Positions 9,005 through 20,698 of a stretch of 64,000 nt of DNA are shown here, piece by piece (the stretch's first letter is position 1; every line of letters starts with the position of its first letter). A program made the translations under genes and the position numbers. The notes under the pieces are model-generated. The model had not been told where the DNA came from. It searched no databases and saw only the letters and a list, made by a program, of their open reading frames with translations. The stretch comes from Myxococcota bacterium. Its GTDB lineage: Bacteria > Myxococcota_A > UBA9160 > UBA4427. The stretch covers positions 20,098-84,097 of the forward strand of contig JAYZFK010000093.1 in NCBI GenBank assembly GCA_036336835.1. The letters are read 5' to 3'.

Positions 9005-10402
9005 ATGTCCGACCGATCGAAGGCTTCGCCGCCGCTCTGCGTGATCGTGCTCGCCGCCGGTCGGGGCACGCGCATGAAGTCGCGCCGCGCCAAGGTGCTC
9101 CACGAGATCGCGGGGCGGCCGCTGCTCGGTCACGTGCTCGCCAGCGCAGAGCAGATCGGCGCAGAGCCGCTGTTCGTGGTGGTGGGCCGCGATGCCGAGG
9201 AGGTCGAGCAGACCTTCGCCGGCCGCGCCGAGTTCGTGGTGCAGGCCGAGCAGAACGGAACCGGCCACGCGGTCCAGCAGGTGCTGCCGAAGCTGGGCGA
9301 CTACCGCGGCGACGTGCTGATCTTGTACGCCGACACGCCGCTGATTCGGCCCGTGTCGCTCGAGGCCATGCGGCGGCGGCGCGCCGAGACGGACGCAGAC
9401 CTGGTGATGTTGACGTCGCCCGAGCCGCTTCCCGGTGTCGTCGTGCGAGACGAGCAGGGTCGCGTGCAGCGCATCGTCGAGCTGGTCGACGCGACGCCCG
9501 AAGAGGCGACGATCCGCGAGGGCAACTCCGGGGTCTACCTGATGGGGGCCGAGCTGTTGCGCGAGGGGCTGGCGACCCTCGACACCGACAACACACAGGG
9601 CGAGCTCTACCTCACGGACGTGGTCTCCTTTGCGTGCGCGCGCGGTGGGCGCGTCGAGGCAATCCAGCTCGAGAGCGCCGACGAATGCCTCGGCGTGAAC
9701 ACGCGGGCCGAGCTCGCCGCTGTCGCCGCAGCCCTGCGCAAGCGCAAGGCACTCGAGCTGATGGCCGACGGCGTCAGCATCGTGGATCCCGACCACACCT
9801 ACATCGACGTCGACGTGCGGATCGGTCGCGATTCGCTGATCGAGCCCGGCTGCGTGATCCAGGGCGAATCGGTGCTCGGCGAGGGCGTCCACGTCAAGCC
9901 CCACTGCACGATCGAGTCGAGCCGTCTCGACGACGACGTCGTGATCGGGCCGAGTGCGCACCTGCGCCCCGGCAGCCACCTGATGCAGGGCGTGCGGGTC
10001 GGCAACTACGTGGAGATCAAGAACAGCGTGCTCGGGCCCGGCGTGAAGGCCGACCACCTGTCCTACATCGGCGACGCCGAGGTGGGTGAGGGCTCGAGCT
10101 TTGGCTGCGGCGCGATCACGGTCAACTACGACTGGGACGCGAAGCACAAGACGATCGTCGGCAAGGGCAGCAAGATCGGCTGCAACGCGAACCTGATCGC
10201 GCCCGTCACGATCGGTGACTCGGTCGCCGTCGCCGCCGGCTCGACCATCACTGGAGACGTGCCCGACGATGCGCTTGCGGTCGAGCGCGGCAAGCAGCGC
10301 AACATCGAGGGCTGGACCGCGCGTCGCCAGGGTCGTGAGCCCGTGGGCGAGGACACCGCAGAGGACACGGTGGATCAGAACGCCCCCGGGAAGCGGCGCT
10401 AG
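9005..10402 (+). CDS. glmU: Bifunctional UDP-GlcNAc pyrophosphorylase / glucosamine-1-phosphate N-acetyltransferase
   Basis: LAAGRGTRMKS, GTGHAV, ELYLTD, hexapeptide repeats, HLSYIGDA, TVNYD. AGGAG RBS before ATG 9005. Confidence 0.96.
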   Translation: MSDRSKASPPLCVIVLAAGRGTRMKSRRAKVLHEIAGRPLLGHVLASAEQIGAEPLFVVVGRDAEEVEQTFAGRAEFVVQAEQNGTGHAVQQVLPKLGDYRGDVLILYADTPLIRPVSLEAMRRRRAETDADLVMLTSPEPLPGVVVRDEQGRVQRIVELVDATPEEATIREGNSGVYLMGAELLREGLATLDTDNTQGELYLTDVVSFACARGGRVEAIQLESADECLGVNTRAELAAVAAALRKRKALELMADGVSIVDPDHTYIDVDVRIGRDSLIEPGCVIQGESVLGEGVHVKPHCTIESSRLDDDVVIGPSAHLRPGSHLMQGVRVGNYVEIKNSVLGPGVKADHLSYIGDAEVGEGSSFGCGAITVNYDWDAKHKTIVGKGSKIGCNANLIAPVTIGDSVAVAAGSTITGDVPDDALAVERGKQRNIEGWTARRQGREPVGEDTAEDTVDQNAPGKRR

Positions 10403-10438
10403 CGGCGCTGCAGAGCCGGGACGGAGGAAGAACCCGCC

Positions 10439-12274
<1,836 letters not shown>

Positions 12275-12468
12275 CGGCCAGCGCCGCGACGCGCCGTCAG
12301 TGTGAGCACGGCCTCGCCGCTGGGCAGCCAGCGCGCGGGGTCAAGCCAGCGGGAAGAGCCGATCGTGGGATGGACGCGATCGCGCCGACACACGATGATA
12401 CGTGGGAGTCGCCCAGGCGCTGAAATCGTCAGCTGCCCGCCGACTCCGAAACCGCCTGGGAGGATCCG

Positions 12469-13338
12469 ATGCGGCTCGACCGAATGATCTTGATCACCTG
12501 CCTGCTGATCGGCTCCCCGGCGGTCGCGCCGGCTGATCACCACGCGGCTGCTACGGCCGACGGCGGCGCCTTCGACCTCGACGATGCGCTGGCGGGCGAC
12601 TGGCGGAGCGAGGCCGATCGCGCGCGCGACTCGCAGCGCCATCCGCGCGAGGCGCTCGAATTCTTTGGCCTCGCGCCGGGGATGACTGTCGTCGAGTTGT
12701 CGCCCGGTGGCGGCTGGTACACCAAGATCCTCGCACCCTACGTCAATCGGACGGGCGGCATGTTCATCGCCGCTGGCTTCGATCCCAACGACGAGCGCGA
12801 GTACGCGCAGCGCGGCCGCCGCGCCTTCCAGGAGAACTTCGTCGACCGGCCCGAGACGTACGGCAAGATCGCGGTCACCGTCGTCGGCGCGAGCTCCGAG
12901 GGCGTCGCGCCCGACGGCAGCGCCGATCTCGTGCTCACCTTCCGGAACGTCCACAACTGGGTGCCCGCTGGTGATGCCCTGAAGGTGTTCGCCGATGCGT
13001 TTCGCGCGCTCAGGCCCGGTGGTGTGTTCGGGGTGGTCGATCACCGCCTGCCGGAGGACCGAGAGGCGAACCCGAAGCTCCGCTCGGGATATGTCCACGA
13101 ATCGGTCGTCGTCGCGCTCGCGCAACAGGCCGGCTTCGTGCTCGAGGCCGACTCGGCGGTCAACCGCAATGCCGCCGACACGGCGGACCATCCGTTCGGT
13201 GTCTGGACGCTCAAGCCCAGTGCGCGGACCGCGGCGTTTGGCGAGCCGGACGATCCGGCCTTCGACCGCGCGCCCTTCGACGCGATCGGCGAGAGCGACC
13301 GCTTCACCCTGCGCTTCCGCAAGCCGCAGGGCTCCTAG
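12469..13338 (+). CDS. Secreted/periplasmic predicted class I SAM-dependent methyltransferase
   Basis: Signal-peptide-like N-terminus; RDSQRHPREALEFFG, ELSPGGGWYT, FRNVHNW, IGESDRFTLRFRKP. Confidence 0.8.
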   Translation: MRLDRMILITCLLIGSPAVAPADHHAAATADGGAFDLDDALAGDWRSEADRARDSQRHPREALEFFGLAPGMTVVELSPGGGWYTKILAPYVNRTGGMFIAAGFDPNDEREYAQRGRRAFQENFVDRPETYGKIAVTVVGASSEGVAPDGSADLVLTFRNVHNWVPAGDALKVFADAFRALRPGGVFGVVDHRLPEDREANPKLRSGYVHESVVVALAQQAGFVLEADSAVNRNAADTADHPFGVWTLKPSARTAAFGEPDDPAFDRAPFDAIGESDRFTLRFRKPQGS

Positions 13339-14708
13339 CGCAGCGGCGACAGCTGGGCGCCCTCGCACATCCCCAGCGCACCCGCCATCAATGCTTCTTC
13401 GCGTCGGGCGAAGCGGTAGAAGTACTGGATCAACTCCGCGTCGCGTTCGGGGCCGGCGCTGCGCACGAGCCGGTCGAGCTCGCGCTGGCCGTCCACGACG
13501 CTCGCGGGTCGCTTGCCCAACAGCGTTGCGAGATCGTCGAGCTCCTGAGCGTCGAATGCGGACCCCAGGGTCTCTGCGTTCTGCAGGTGCCGAGCCATCC
13601 GGGAGGTGAACCACATTCGATTCTTCAGGAAGGGATCCGCGATGGCCGGCGCCTGCTCCTGCTCGAGGTTCTCGACCAGGATGTCGTAGTAGCGCGAGAA
13701 GCGTGTCGGCCGGGGAGCGGGGAGATCGACCTCGGAGAGCTCGGCGCCAATCGCTTCGGCGAGCGCCTGCGCCGTGGTGCGCAGGTAGAAGACGTACTGG
13801 GCGATCCACTCCGCGTGCTCGGTGCGCGCGTTCAGGTTCTCGACCACAGGGGCGAGCGCCATGGGGACGAGTGCCTGGGTCTTGACGTTGTAGAAGTGAA
13901 GACACTCGTAGTCGATCTCGCGACCCGACAGCTCGCTGTAGCGCGCGATCCGCTCGGGAAAGCGCCCGATCGGGTAGTAGAGATCGCGTGAGCGAAGGCA
14001 GGCGATGTCGGTCATCGGATCGCTCAGGTGTGCGAGCTCGAAGTCGACCAGCGCCGAGACCCTGCCTTCGTGGAAGAGCAGGTTTCCCGGTCCGGTGTCG
14101 CCCTGGACCAGCACGGGCGCGACCTGCCTCTGCGGCACGTTGCGTCGGAGCCAGTGGCAGGCGAAGGTGATCAGCGGCACCGGCTCTTTGATGGCCGCCT
14201 CGTAGGTCGACTGCCAGACCTCGAGGTCGTTGAGTGCGATCTCTTCCGGGGTCTCGGGGATGCGCAGCCCGGCCCGCTCGAATCGCTTCGGGTCGATCGC
14301 GTGGAGCTGGGCCAGCAGCTCGAGGAAGTGCTCGGCGACCGATTCGCGCTCGGCCTCGTCTTCGAGCTCGTTGAAGTTGTCGCGTCCCTCGACGTGGGCG
14401 AGCACTGCCGCCTGGGGCTCCTCGTGGAAGGCGAGGACCTCGGGAACCGGGACCCCCTCGGAGTGGAGTACACGCAGGATCTCGGCCTCGCGTCGCGTCG
14501 AGTACACGCTGGTGTACGAAAACGAGCGGTCGCGCGTGCCGCGCACGTACGTTCGGAGCTGGCGCCCCGCGACGTCGAGGTCGACGAACCACGCGAAGCG
14601 CCCGCCGGACTCTCGTCCCTGGCGCTCGCGGCGCACGATCCTCCCGCCGAAGGTCTCCTCCAGCCAGGGGAACAACGGCTCCCAGCGCGCCAGCTCGTCT
14701 TCACTCAC
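13335..14708 (-). CDS. Aminoglycoside-phosphotransferase (APH/choline kinase)-family protein
   Basis: GTG start at 14708 (MSEDELARW); VPVPEV, LVQGDTGPGNLLF, LVDFELAHLSDP. Confidence 0.8.
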   Translation of the reverse strand: MSEDELARWEPLFPWLEETFGGRIVRRERQGRESGGRFAWFVDLDVAGRQLRTYVRGTRDRSFSYTSVYSTRREAEILRVLHSEGVPVPEVLAFHEEPQAAVLAHVEGRDNFNELEDEAERESVAEHFLELLAQLHAIDPKRFERAGLRIPETPEEIALNDLEVWQSTYEAAIKEPVPLITFACHWLRRNVPQRQVAPVLVQGDTGPGNLLFHEGRVSALVDFELAHLSDPMTDIACLRSRDLYYPIGRFPERIARYSELSGREIDYECLHFYNVKTQALVPMALAPVVENLNARTEHAEWIAQYVFYLRTTAQALAEAIGAELSEVDLPAPRPTRFSRYYDILVENLEQEQAPAIADPFLKNRMWFTSRMARHLQNAETLGSAFDAQELDDLATLLGKRPASVVDGQRELDRLVRSAGPERDAELIQYFYRFARREEALMAGALGMCEGAQLSPLR

Positions 14709-14728
14709 GGATATATCCCCCCCCGACG

Positions 14729-15952
14729 CTAACGCGCCTCGAAGCGGATCCGCAGGCTGCGCGGCCCGCGGAAGATTGCCCCTCGCGCGGTCGGCTCGGC
14801 CCCGGCGGCCAGCCGCAGATTTGCCAGCCGCTCGAACACCGCGCGCAGCACCACCTCCATTTCTGCGCGGGCCAGGTGTGAGCCCAGGCAATGGTGCGTC
14901 CCCGCCCCGAAGGCGAGCGATGCGCGCTCGGTTCGGTCGATGTCGAACAGCTCGGGGTCGTCGAACACCGCGGGGTCCCGGTTGGCCGAGGCCAGGCCGA
15001 ATAGCACCCAGGCATCCGGCGGGATCTCCAGCTCCGCGATGCGCGCTCCCCGGCTCGACGCGACCCGCGGCTGCAGCGCGACCGCGGGCTCGAATCGCAG
15101 GCCTTCCTCGACCGCGCGCTGTCGCGCGCCGGCGTCGTGCCGAAGTGAGTCGTGGAGCGCTGGGTGCGCGATCACGTTCATCAGCAGGTTGCCCAGTGCG
15201 AGATACGTGGTATCCGCACCCGCCGGGAACAGCAGCCGGACGAACGAGAAGATCTCCTCGTCTGCCAGCGGCGTGCCGTCGACCTCGGCCGACGCAAGAC
15301 GCGAGAGCCAGTCGTCTTCGGGTGCGCGTCGGCGCTGGGCCAGGACGGGTGCCAGGTACCGGGTAAAGCCAGCCCGTGCCGCCCGTGCGCCTTCGGGATC
15401 GATGCGGTGGCTGAGCAGGCCGTGCGCCCAGCCCTGGAGCACGGCCTCGTCCCCCTCCGGCAGACCGAGCAGGGAGCGGATCACCGCGAAGGGGAACGGG
15501 CGGGTCAAGTCGCGGACGAGGTCGGCCTCACCGGACGAGGCGAAGCGCTCGATGAGCTCCCTGGCCAGCGGCTCCAGCAGGGTCGGAACCAGCTCGGCGA
15601 TGGCGCTCGGAGAGAACCACGGTGCCACCAGCGCGCGCTGGCGACGGTGCTCTTGCGGCGCCATGCACTGCATCGTCCGGCCCTGCGCCGGCTCGGCAAA
15701 GCGTCGATACGCGGCCTCCGCGGGAAAGGTCGGGTCGTTGCGGAGTGCAGCGGCCAGATCGACGTGACGCAGGATCAACCAGGCGTCACCGCCGTCGTAG
15801 CGGACGCGCGCGATCCGGTGTCGCCCGCGAAGTTCCGCCAGCACCGCGTGTAGATCCGGCAGCGGGTCGCGGCCGAAGTCGACATCCAACGAATCTGCCA
15901 AGGCTCGAGATCCCCCGGGTCCGGGAGTCGAAGGATACTGCGGGAAGTGCAT
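14729..15952 (-). CDS. Cytochrome P450
   Basis: I-helix AGADTT, EEGLR (ExxR), ANRDP, heme motif FGAGTHHCLG. Start uncertain (ATG 15952 or TTG near 15901). Confidence 0.92.
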   Translation of the reverse strand: MHFPQYPSTPGPGGSRALADSLDVDFGRDPLPDLHAVLAELRGRHRIARVRYDGGDAWLILRHVDLAAALRNDPTFPAEAAYRRFAEPAQGRTMQCMAPQEHRRQRALVAPWFSPSAIAELVPTLLEPLARELIERFASSGEADLVRDLTRPFPFAVIRSLLGLPEGDEAVLQGWAHGLLSHRIDPEGARAARAGFTRYLAPVLAQRRRAPEDDWLSRLASAEVDGTPLADEEIFSFVRLLFPAGADTTYLALGNLLMNVIAHPALHDSLRHDAGARQRAVEEGLRFEPAVALQPRVASSRGARIAELEIPPDAWVLFGLASANRDPAVFDDPELFDIDRTERASLAFGAGTHHCLGSHLARAEMEVVLRAVFERLANLRLAAGAEPTARGAIFRGPRSLRIRFEAR

Positions 15953-16017
15953 GCGCTGGTGAACGAGTGGCCGCCACGCGCTAGCCTCGTCGGTCCCCCG
16001 GGCCGCTGGAGCACAGT

Positions 16018-18237
16018 GTGGAAGGCTTCGCCGGCATCTTCGACGGTTTGAATCCCGGTCAGCGCGAGGCGGTGGAGACCACCGAGGGCCCGCTGCTCGT
16101 GCTCGCTGGAGCGGGCAGCGGCAAGACACGGGTACTGACCCATCGCATCGCGCACCTGATCGGCGGCTGCGGCATTCCGCCCGACTCGATCCTGGCGGTC
16201 ACGTTCACCAACAAGGCCGCGGGCGAGATGCGCGACCGCGTCGAGAAGCTGCTCGGCCCCGTCGCGTACGGGCTCTGGGTGGGCACCTTCCACTCGACCT
16301 GTGTCCGGATCCTGCGCCGCGAGATCGGTCACCTCGACCGCTCGCGCGGCTTCGTGATCTACGACGACAGCGACACGCTTGCGGTGATCAAGGAGGTGCT
16401 GCGGCGCCACCGGCTCGATCCGAAGACACACGATCCGAGGCGTCTGCGCTGGCGCATCGACCAGTGGAAGAACCAGGGCATGCTGCCGGCGGGCGCCATC
16501 GCCGAGGCGGCCGATCTCGACGACGAGCTGTCGGCAGAGCTCTACGTCTCCTACCAACGCCTGCTGGCCGACTCGAACGCGCTCGACTTCGGCGATCTGC
16601 TGCTACTCACCGTCGAGCTGTTCCGGCACCACCCCGAAGTGCTCGCCCACTACCAACGGCGTTGGCAGTACGTACTGGTCGACGAGTATCAGGACACGAA
16701 CCGAGTCCAGTACCAGCTGGTGCGCATGCTCGCGGCCGATCACGGGAACCTGTGTGCGGTCGGCGATCCCGATCAGTCCGTCTACGCCTGGCGTGGCGCC
16801 GACATCCGCAACATCCTCGACTTCGAGCACGACTACGACGACGCGAAGGTCGTAAAGCTCGAGCAGAACTACCGCTCGACCCAGCCCATTCTGTCCGGAG
16901 CGTCGGCGGTGGTGGCCAACAACGCCGGCCGCAAGGAAAAGCAGATGTTCACCGATCGGGTCGAGGGGGCTGCGATCCGCCGGTTCGAAGCCTACGACGA
17001 TCGCGATGAGGCCCAGTTCGTGGTGAGCTGCATCCTCGGGGGCAGCCGCGAGGGCGAGCGTTCCTTGGGCGACTACGCGGTGCTGTATCGCACCAATGCG
17101 CAGTCGCGCGTCTTCGAGGAGGAGCTGCTGAAGTACGACGTACCCTACGTCGTCGTCGGCGGCGTTCGCTTCTACGACCGAGCCGAGATCAAGGATGTGC
17201 TCGGCTACCTGAAGCTGGTCGCCAACCCGCGAGACGATCAGGCGCTGCGCCGCGTGGTGAACCGTCCGACGCGCGGCATCGGCAAGACGACGATCGACCG
17301 CGCCCAGGAGCTCGCCGAACGCGAGAGCCTTCCGCTCTACGACGCGCTCGGGCGGCTGGTCGAGACCGGCGGCGCGGGCCGCAGCGCCAAGCGCGTCGTT
17401 GCGTTCCTCGACCTGATGGCGGAGCTGTCGCGCGAGCTACCGGATCGGCGCGTCGACGAGGCGATCGCACTCGTGCTCGATCGCAGTGGCACCCTCGCCG
17501 CGCTCGCCCGGGAGGCGACGCCTGAAGCCGAAGCGCGTCTCGACAATCTGAAGGAGCTGGTCAGCAGCGCCGAGGACTTCCACTCGCTCAACGCGCTCGC
17601 ACCGGACGACGAACGCAGTGAACTCGAGTTGTTCCTGGATCAGGTCGCGTTGATCTCGGACCTCGACAGCTACGAGCAGCGCGAAGATCGCGTGTCGCTG
17701 ATCACGGCACACTCGGCCAAGGGGCTCGAGTTCCCGGTCGTGTTCATGGCCGGGATGGAGGAGGGAATCTTTCCACACGGCTCGTCCGCGAGGAGCGATG
17801 AGGGGATCGAGGAAGAACGGCGTCTCTGCTACGTCGGAATGACGCGGGCGATGGACGAGCTCACGCTGTGCTGGGCCTCCGAGCGGCGCCGCTACGGCGA
17901 GCGGAGCTATCAACGGATCTCGCGCTTCCTGCAGGAGATCCCCGACGAGTTCGTCGAGGTCTTCCAGTCGAGTGCTCTGGAGCGCGCGGCTGGCGACCGA
18001 CGCAGAGATTTCGACGAGTACGCGCAGGACGAGCCCTCGATCGAACACTCCTTCACTCAGGAGGGGTCCGAGGAGTTCGCAATTCGCAAGGGCATGCGGC
18101 TGCGCCACCCCGTGTTCGGCCTCGGCAGCGTCGTTGCGGTGATCGGCAACGGGCCCGATCAGAAGCTGCGCATCAAATTCGATCGAGCGGGAGTGAAGAC
18201 GGTGATGCTGCGCTTTGCAAGCCTCGAGCCGGCCTGA
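16018..18237 (+). CDS. uvrD: ATP-dependent DNA helicase UvrD/PcrA
   Basis: LAGAGSGKTRV, TFTNKAA, VDEYQDTN, LEQNYRST, EEERRLCYVGMTRA, C-terminal Tudor-like HPVFGLG. Confidence 0.95.
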   Translation: MEGFAGIFDGLNPGQREAVETTEGPLLVLAGAGSGKTRVLTHRIAHLIGGCGIPPDSILAVTFTNKAAGEMRDRVEKLLGPVAYGLWVGTFHSTCVRILRREIGHLDRSRGFVIYDDSDTLAVIKEVLRRHRLDPKTHDPRRLRWRIDQWKNQGMLPAGAIAEAADLDDELSAELYVSYQRLLADSNALDFGDLLLLTVELFRHHPEVLAHYQRRWQYVLVDEYQDTNRVQYQLVRMLAADHGNLCAVGDPDQSVYAWRGADIRNILDFEHDYDDAKVVKLEQNYRSTQPILSGASAVVANNAGRKEKQMFTDRVEGAAIRRFEAYDDRDEAQFVVSCILGGSREGERSLGDYAVLYRTNAQSRVFEEELLKYDVPYVVVGGVRFYDRAEIKDVLGYLKLVANPRDDQALRRVVNRPTRGIGKTTIDRAQELAERESLPLYDALGRLVETGGAGRSAKRVVAFLDLMAELSRELPDRRVDEAIALVLDRSGTLAALAREATPEAEARLDNLKELVSSAEDFHSLNALAPDDERSELELFLDQVALISDLDSYEQREDRVSLITAHSAKGLEFPVVFMAGMEEGIFPHGSSARSDEGIEEERRLCYVGMTRAMDELTLCWASERRRYGERSYQRISRFLQEIPDEFVEVFQSSALERAAGDRRRDFDEYAQDEPSIEHSFTQEGSEEFAIRKGMRLRHPVFGLGSVVAVIGNGPDQKLRIKFDRAGVKTVMLRFASLEPA

Positions 18238-18335
18238 GACGTCGCCGTGTCTCCCGCGAGGGCGCGGCGCCCGGTCGGGCGGATCGAGTCCGCGAGCCGG
18301 GTCTGGTGTGCGGCACGGCGCTCGACCTCGAACGC

Positions 18336-18749
18336 TCAGGCGGTTGGCGGGCCCTTCAGCTCGACCACGTTGCCGTCGGGATCGCGGATGTACATCGACG
18401 GTCCCATCCCCGCGGCGCCATAGCGTTTCGCGACGTCGCCGGGCTCGATGCCGTGGGCTTCGAGGTGCTTGCGCAGGGCGGGCTCGTCGAAGTCCTCGAG
18501 CGCCAGAGCGAAATGATCGACGTTGCGCCCCTCGTCTCCGGGCCCGCTACCACCTGCCACGCCGAGCGGTGAGTCGAGCGGCACCAGGTCGATCAAGCTC
18601 GTGCCCGCGCGCAGCTGGATCAGGCCGATCGCATCGCTGCGTCGCTCCACTGCGCAACCGAGTGCGTCCCGATAGAAGCGCAGCGCGGCCTCGAGATCGC
18701 ACACTCGCAGTACCACATGGTCGAGTCCGCGCAGCGTGATGGGGTTCAT
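18336..18749 (-). CDS. VOC/glyoxalase family protein
   Basis: MNPITLRGLDHVVLRV, DHFAL, YIRDPDGNVVELKG; GAGGT RBS. Confidence 0.88.
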   Translation of the reverse strand: MNPITLRGLDHVVLRVCDLEAALRFYRDALGCAVERRSDAIGLIQLRAGTSLIDLVPLDSPLGVAGGSGPGDEGRNVDHFALALEDFDEPALRKHLEAHGIEPGDVAKRYGAAGMGPSMYIRDPDGNVVELKGPPTA

Positions 18750-18784
18750 CGGCACCTCGGTCTGGGGGTATCCTACGCCCCGAC

Positions 18785-19540
18785 ATGGGGACATTGCTGC
18801 GCGCGGCGGTCGGAGTCGTTCTCGCGGGCGCGACTGCGTGTGCGCCTGCCGAGATCGGCTGTGGGGAGCTCGAGTTCGGCGAGCGTGAGCGCCGGCCCTC
18901 GAGCGCATCGCCCGGGAGGGCGTGCTCTTCAGCCGCGCCTACTCGACTGCACCGTGGACGAAACCCTCCGTGGCATCGCTGTTCACGGGTCTCGAGCCGT
19001 CGGCTCACGGGGTCCTGAGCCACCTCGACGAGCACGGCTGGGGCATCCGTGCTCGAGACCGATGTGCTCGCGCCCGAGCTCACGACGCTCGCCGAGCTCT
19101 ACCAGCGCGCGGGCTACGCGACGGCTGCCGTCCTCAGCAATCCGTGGCTCGTGCGACCCTACGGTTTCGACCAGGGCTTCGACGCGTTCCTGGACTCGCT
19201 CGCGGACTGGCAGGCATCCGCGTCCGACGTGACGCTGGCCGCATCGCTCTGGCTCTCGGCGCAGCCGACGGACCGACCCTGGCTCCTGTACGTCCACTAC
19301 CTCGATCCCCAGCTTCCCTACGGTCCGCTCGAGGAGGCTGAGCTGCGGGCGCTCGCCGACGAGATTGCCGCCGATACGAGGTCCGTCGACGATCGTGCAC
19401 TGCAGGCCATCAAGGGCCAGGCCAAGCTCGCGGGCGGACGCAGCGCGCTCGACCTCGGGATCGAGCCGCGACTGCGACTGCTCGAGCTGGCCTACGAAAA
19501 GGGCATCGAGCGGCTCCGCGAGCTCGGCTACGGCCCTTGA
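18785..19540 (+). pseudogene. Degraded sulfatase-like lipoprotein (frameshifts and internal deletions)
   Basis: Signal peptide in the 18785 frame; ERIAREGVLFSRAYSTAPWTKPSVASLFTG in a different frame; TLAELYQRAGYATAA...LYVHYLDPQLPY in the 19049 frame. The DTLRADH and SDHGE segments are missing, and AYEKGI joins directly to ERLRELGY. Confidence 0.75.
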
Positions 19541-20652
19541 CGGCCCGCGACGCTGCGCCTCCAGCGCGCGACCCGTGCTGAGCGCGTCAGCGGCCACTCG
19601 ATCAGCGCGAACGACAGCATGCCGACTGCGATGCTCACCAGCAACACCGCCCAGCTGATGAGCCACGGACTCGGGAGCTGTGCGAGCACCAGCGAGCGCG
19701 CGACCGGCACGTGCCACAGGTAGATGCTGAAGCTCACGACACCAATCAGCCGCAGGGGCCTCGACGCGAGCACCCGTTCGAGCCAGGCGCCGCCGTTGAC
19801 CGCGCCGAACACGACCGCACCCCACAGCGCGCCGAACGCCAGAAACTGACGGTGCGTCCAGTCCTTGGGCAGCTCCTCGCCGAACACGGCGGAGCCCACC
19901 GCGGGTGACAGGGCAGCGACGCCCAGCAGGCCCGCGCAGGCCAGGGCCGAGGCGATGCGTCGCAGCGCCGTCTGCTGGCCGGCGAGCCGCTCGACACGCG
20001 CGTCGACGACCGCGGCGTACGAGCCGAGCAGAAAGATCGGCAGATAGACGCCCAGGTGCAGCGTATCCTTGGCCGACTCCGCCGGCGGCCAGGCGAGTAG
20101 CGCCGCTCCGATGGCGGCCGCCGTCGCGCACGAAACGAGCGCGAGGTCGAGGCGGAGCGCACGGTAGGCGAGGGCGACCCAGGGGAGCACCAGGTAGTAG
20201 GTGACCTCGACGGGGATCGTCCAGTAGACACCCTTGCCCTGCTGGAGGAGCAGGTGCCCGACGAACTCGTCGGTCGTCAGTGACGGCATCGCTCGCGTCG
20301 GCGCCCACTGCGCGAAGGCCCAGTTCGAGAACAGGACCAGCCAGTAGAGAGGGAAGATCCGCAAGACCCGCCGCAACGCATAACGTACCCAACCGCGGGG
20401 ATCCCGAAGATCCATCTCGCTGCGGAGCAGGGGCTTCGTGAGAAGGAAGGCGCTCAGCGCGAAGAACAGGTAGACGCCGGACTTCCCGGTGCCGCGAAGG
20501 TCCAGGCCGGGCAGCAGGTACAGGTCGGCGTTGCTCAGATGGCTCAGCACGACGATCAGGACGGCCGCGCCGCGCAGCCCGTCGAGGGCATCGAGCTGCA
20601 GCCTCGCAGTCGACGTCTTGCGCAGGAAGAACGACTCGAGGCGGCCAGGCAT
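19528..20652 (-). CDS. Acyltransferase-3 family (OafA/OatA-like) membrane O-acyltransferase
   Basis: LDGLRGAAVLIVVLSH, GVYLFFALSAFL, RRVLRIFPLY, WTIPVEVTYY, GVVSFSIYLWH. Confidence 0.9.
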   Translation of the reverse strand: MPGRLESFFLRKTSTARLQLDALDGLRGAAVLIVVLSHLSNADLYLLPGLDLRGTGKSGVYLFFALSAFLLTKPLLRSEMDLRDPRGWVRYALRRVLRIFPLYWLVLFSNWAFAQWAPTRAMPSLTTDEFVGHLLLQQGKGVYWTIPVEVTYYLVLPWVALAYRALRLDLALVSCATAAAIGAALLAWPPAESAKDTLHLGVYLPIFLLGSYAAVVDARVERLAGQQTALRRIASALACAGLLGVAALSPAVGSAVFGEELPKDWTHRQFLAFGALWGAVVFGAVNGGAWLERVLASRPLRLIGVVSFSIYLWHVPVARSLVLAQLPSPWLISWAVLLVSIAVGMLSFALIEWPLTRSARVARWRRSVAGRQGP

Positions 20653-20698
20653 GCGCGCCGAAGTCTAGCCCGCGCTCCTGAGATAGGTTCTGGCCACG

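Noticed and set aside
10403..10438. Possible glmS ribozyme upstream of glmS
   Set aside because: The intergenic space is only 36 bp and contains just an RBS.
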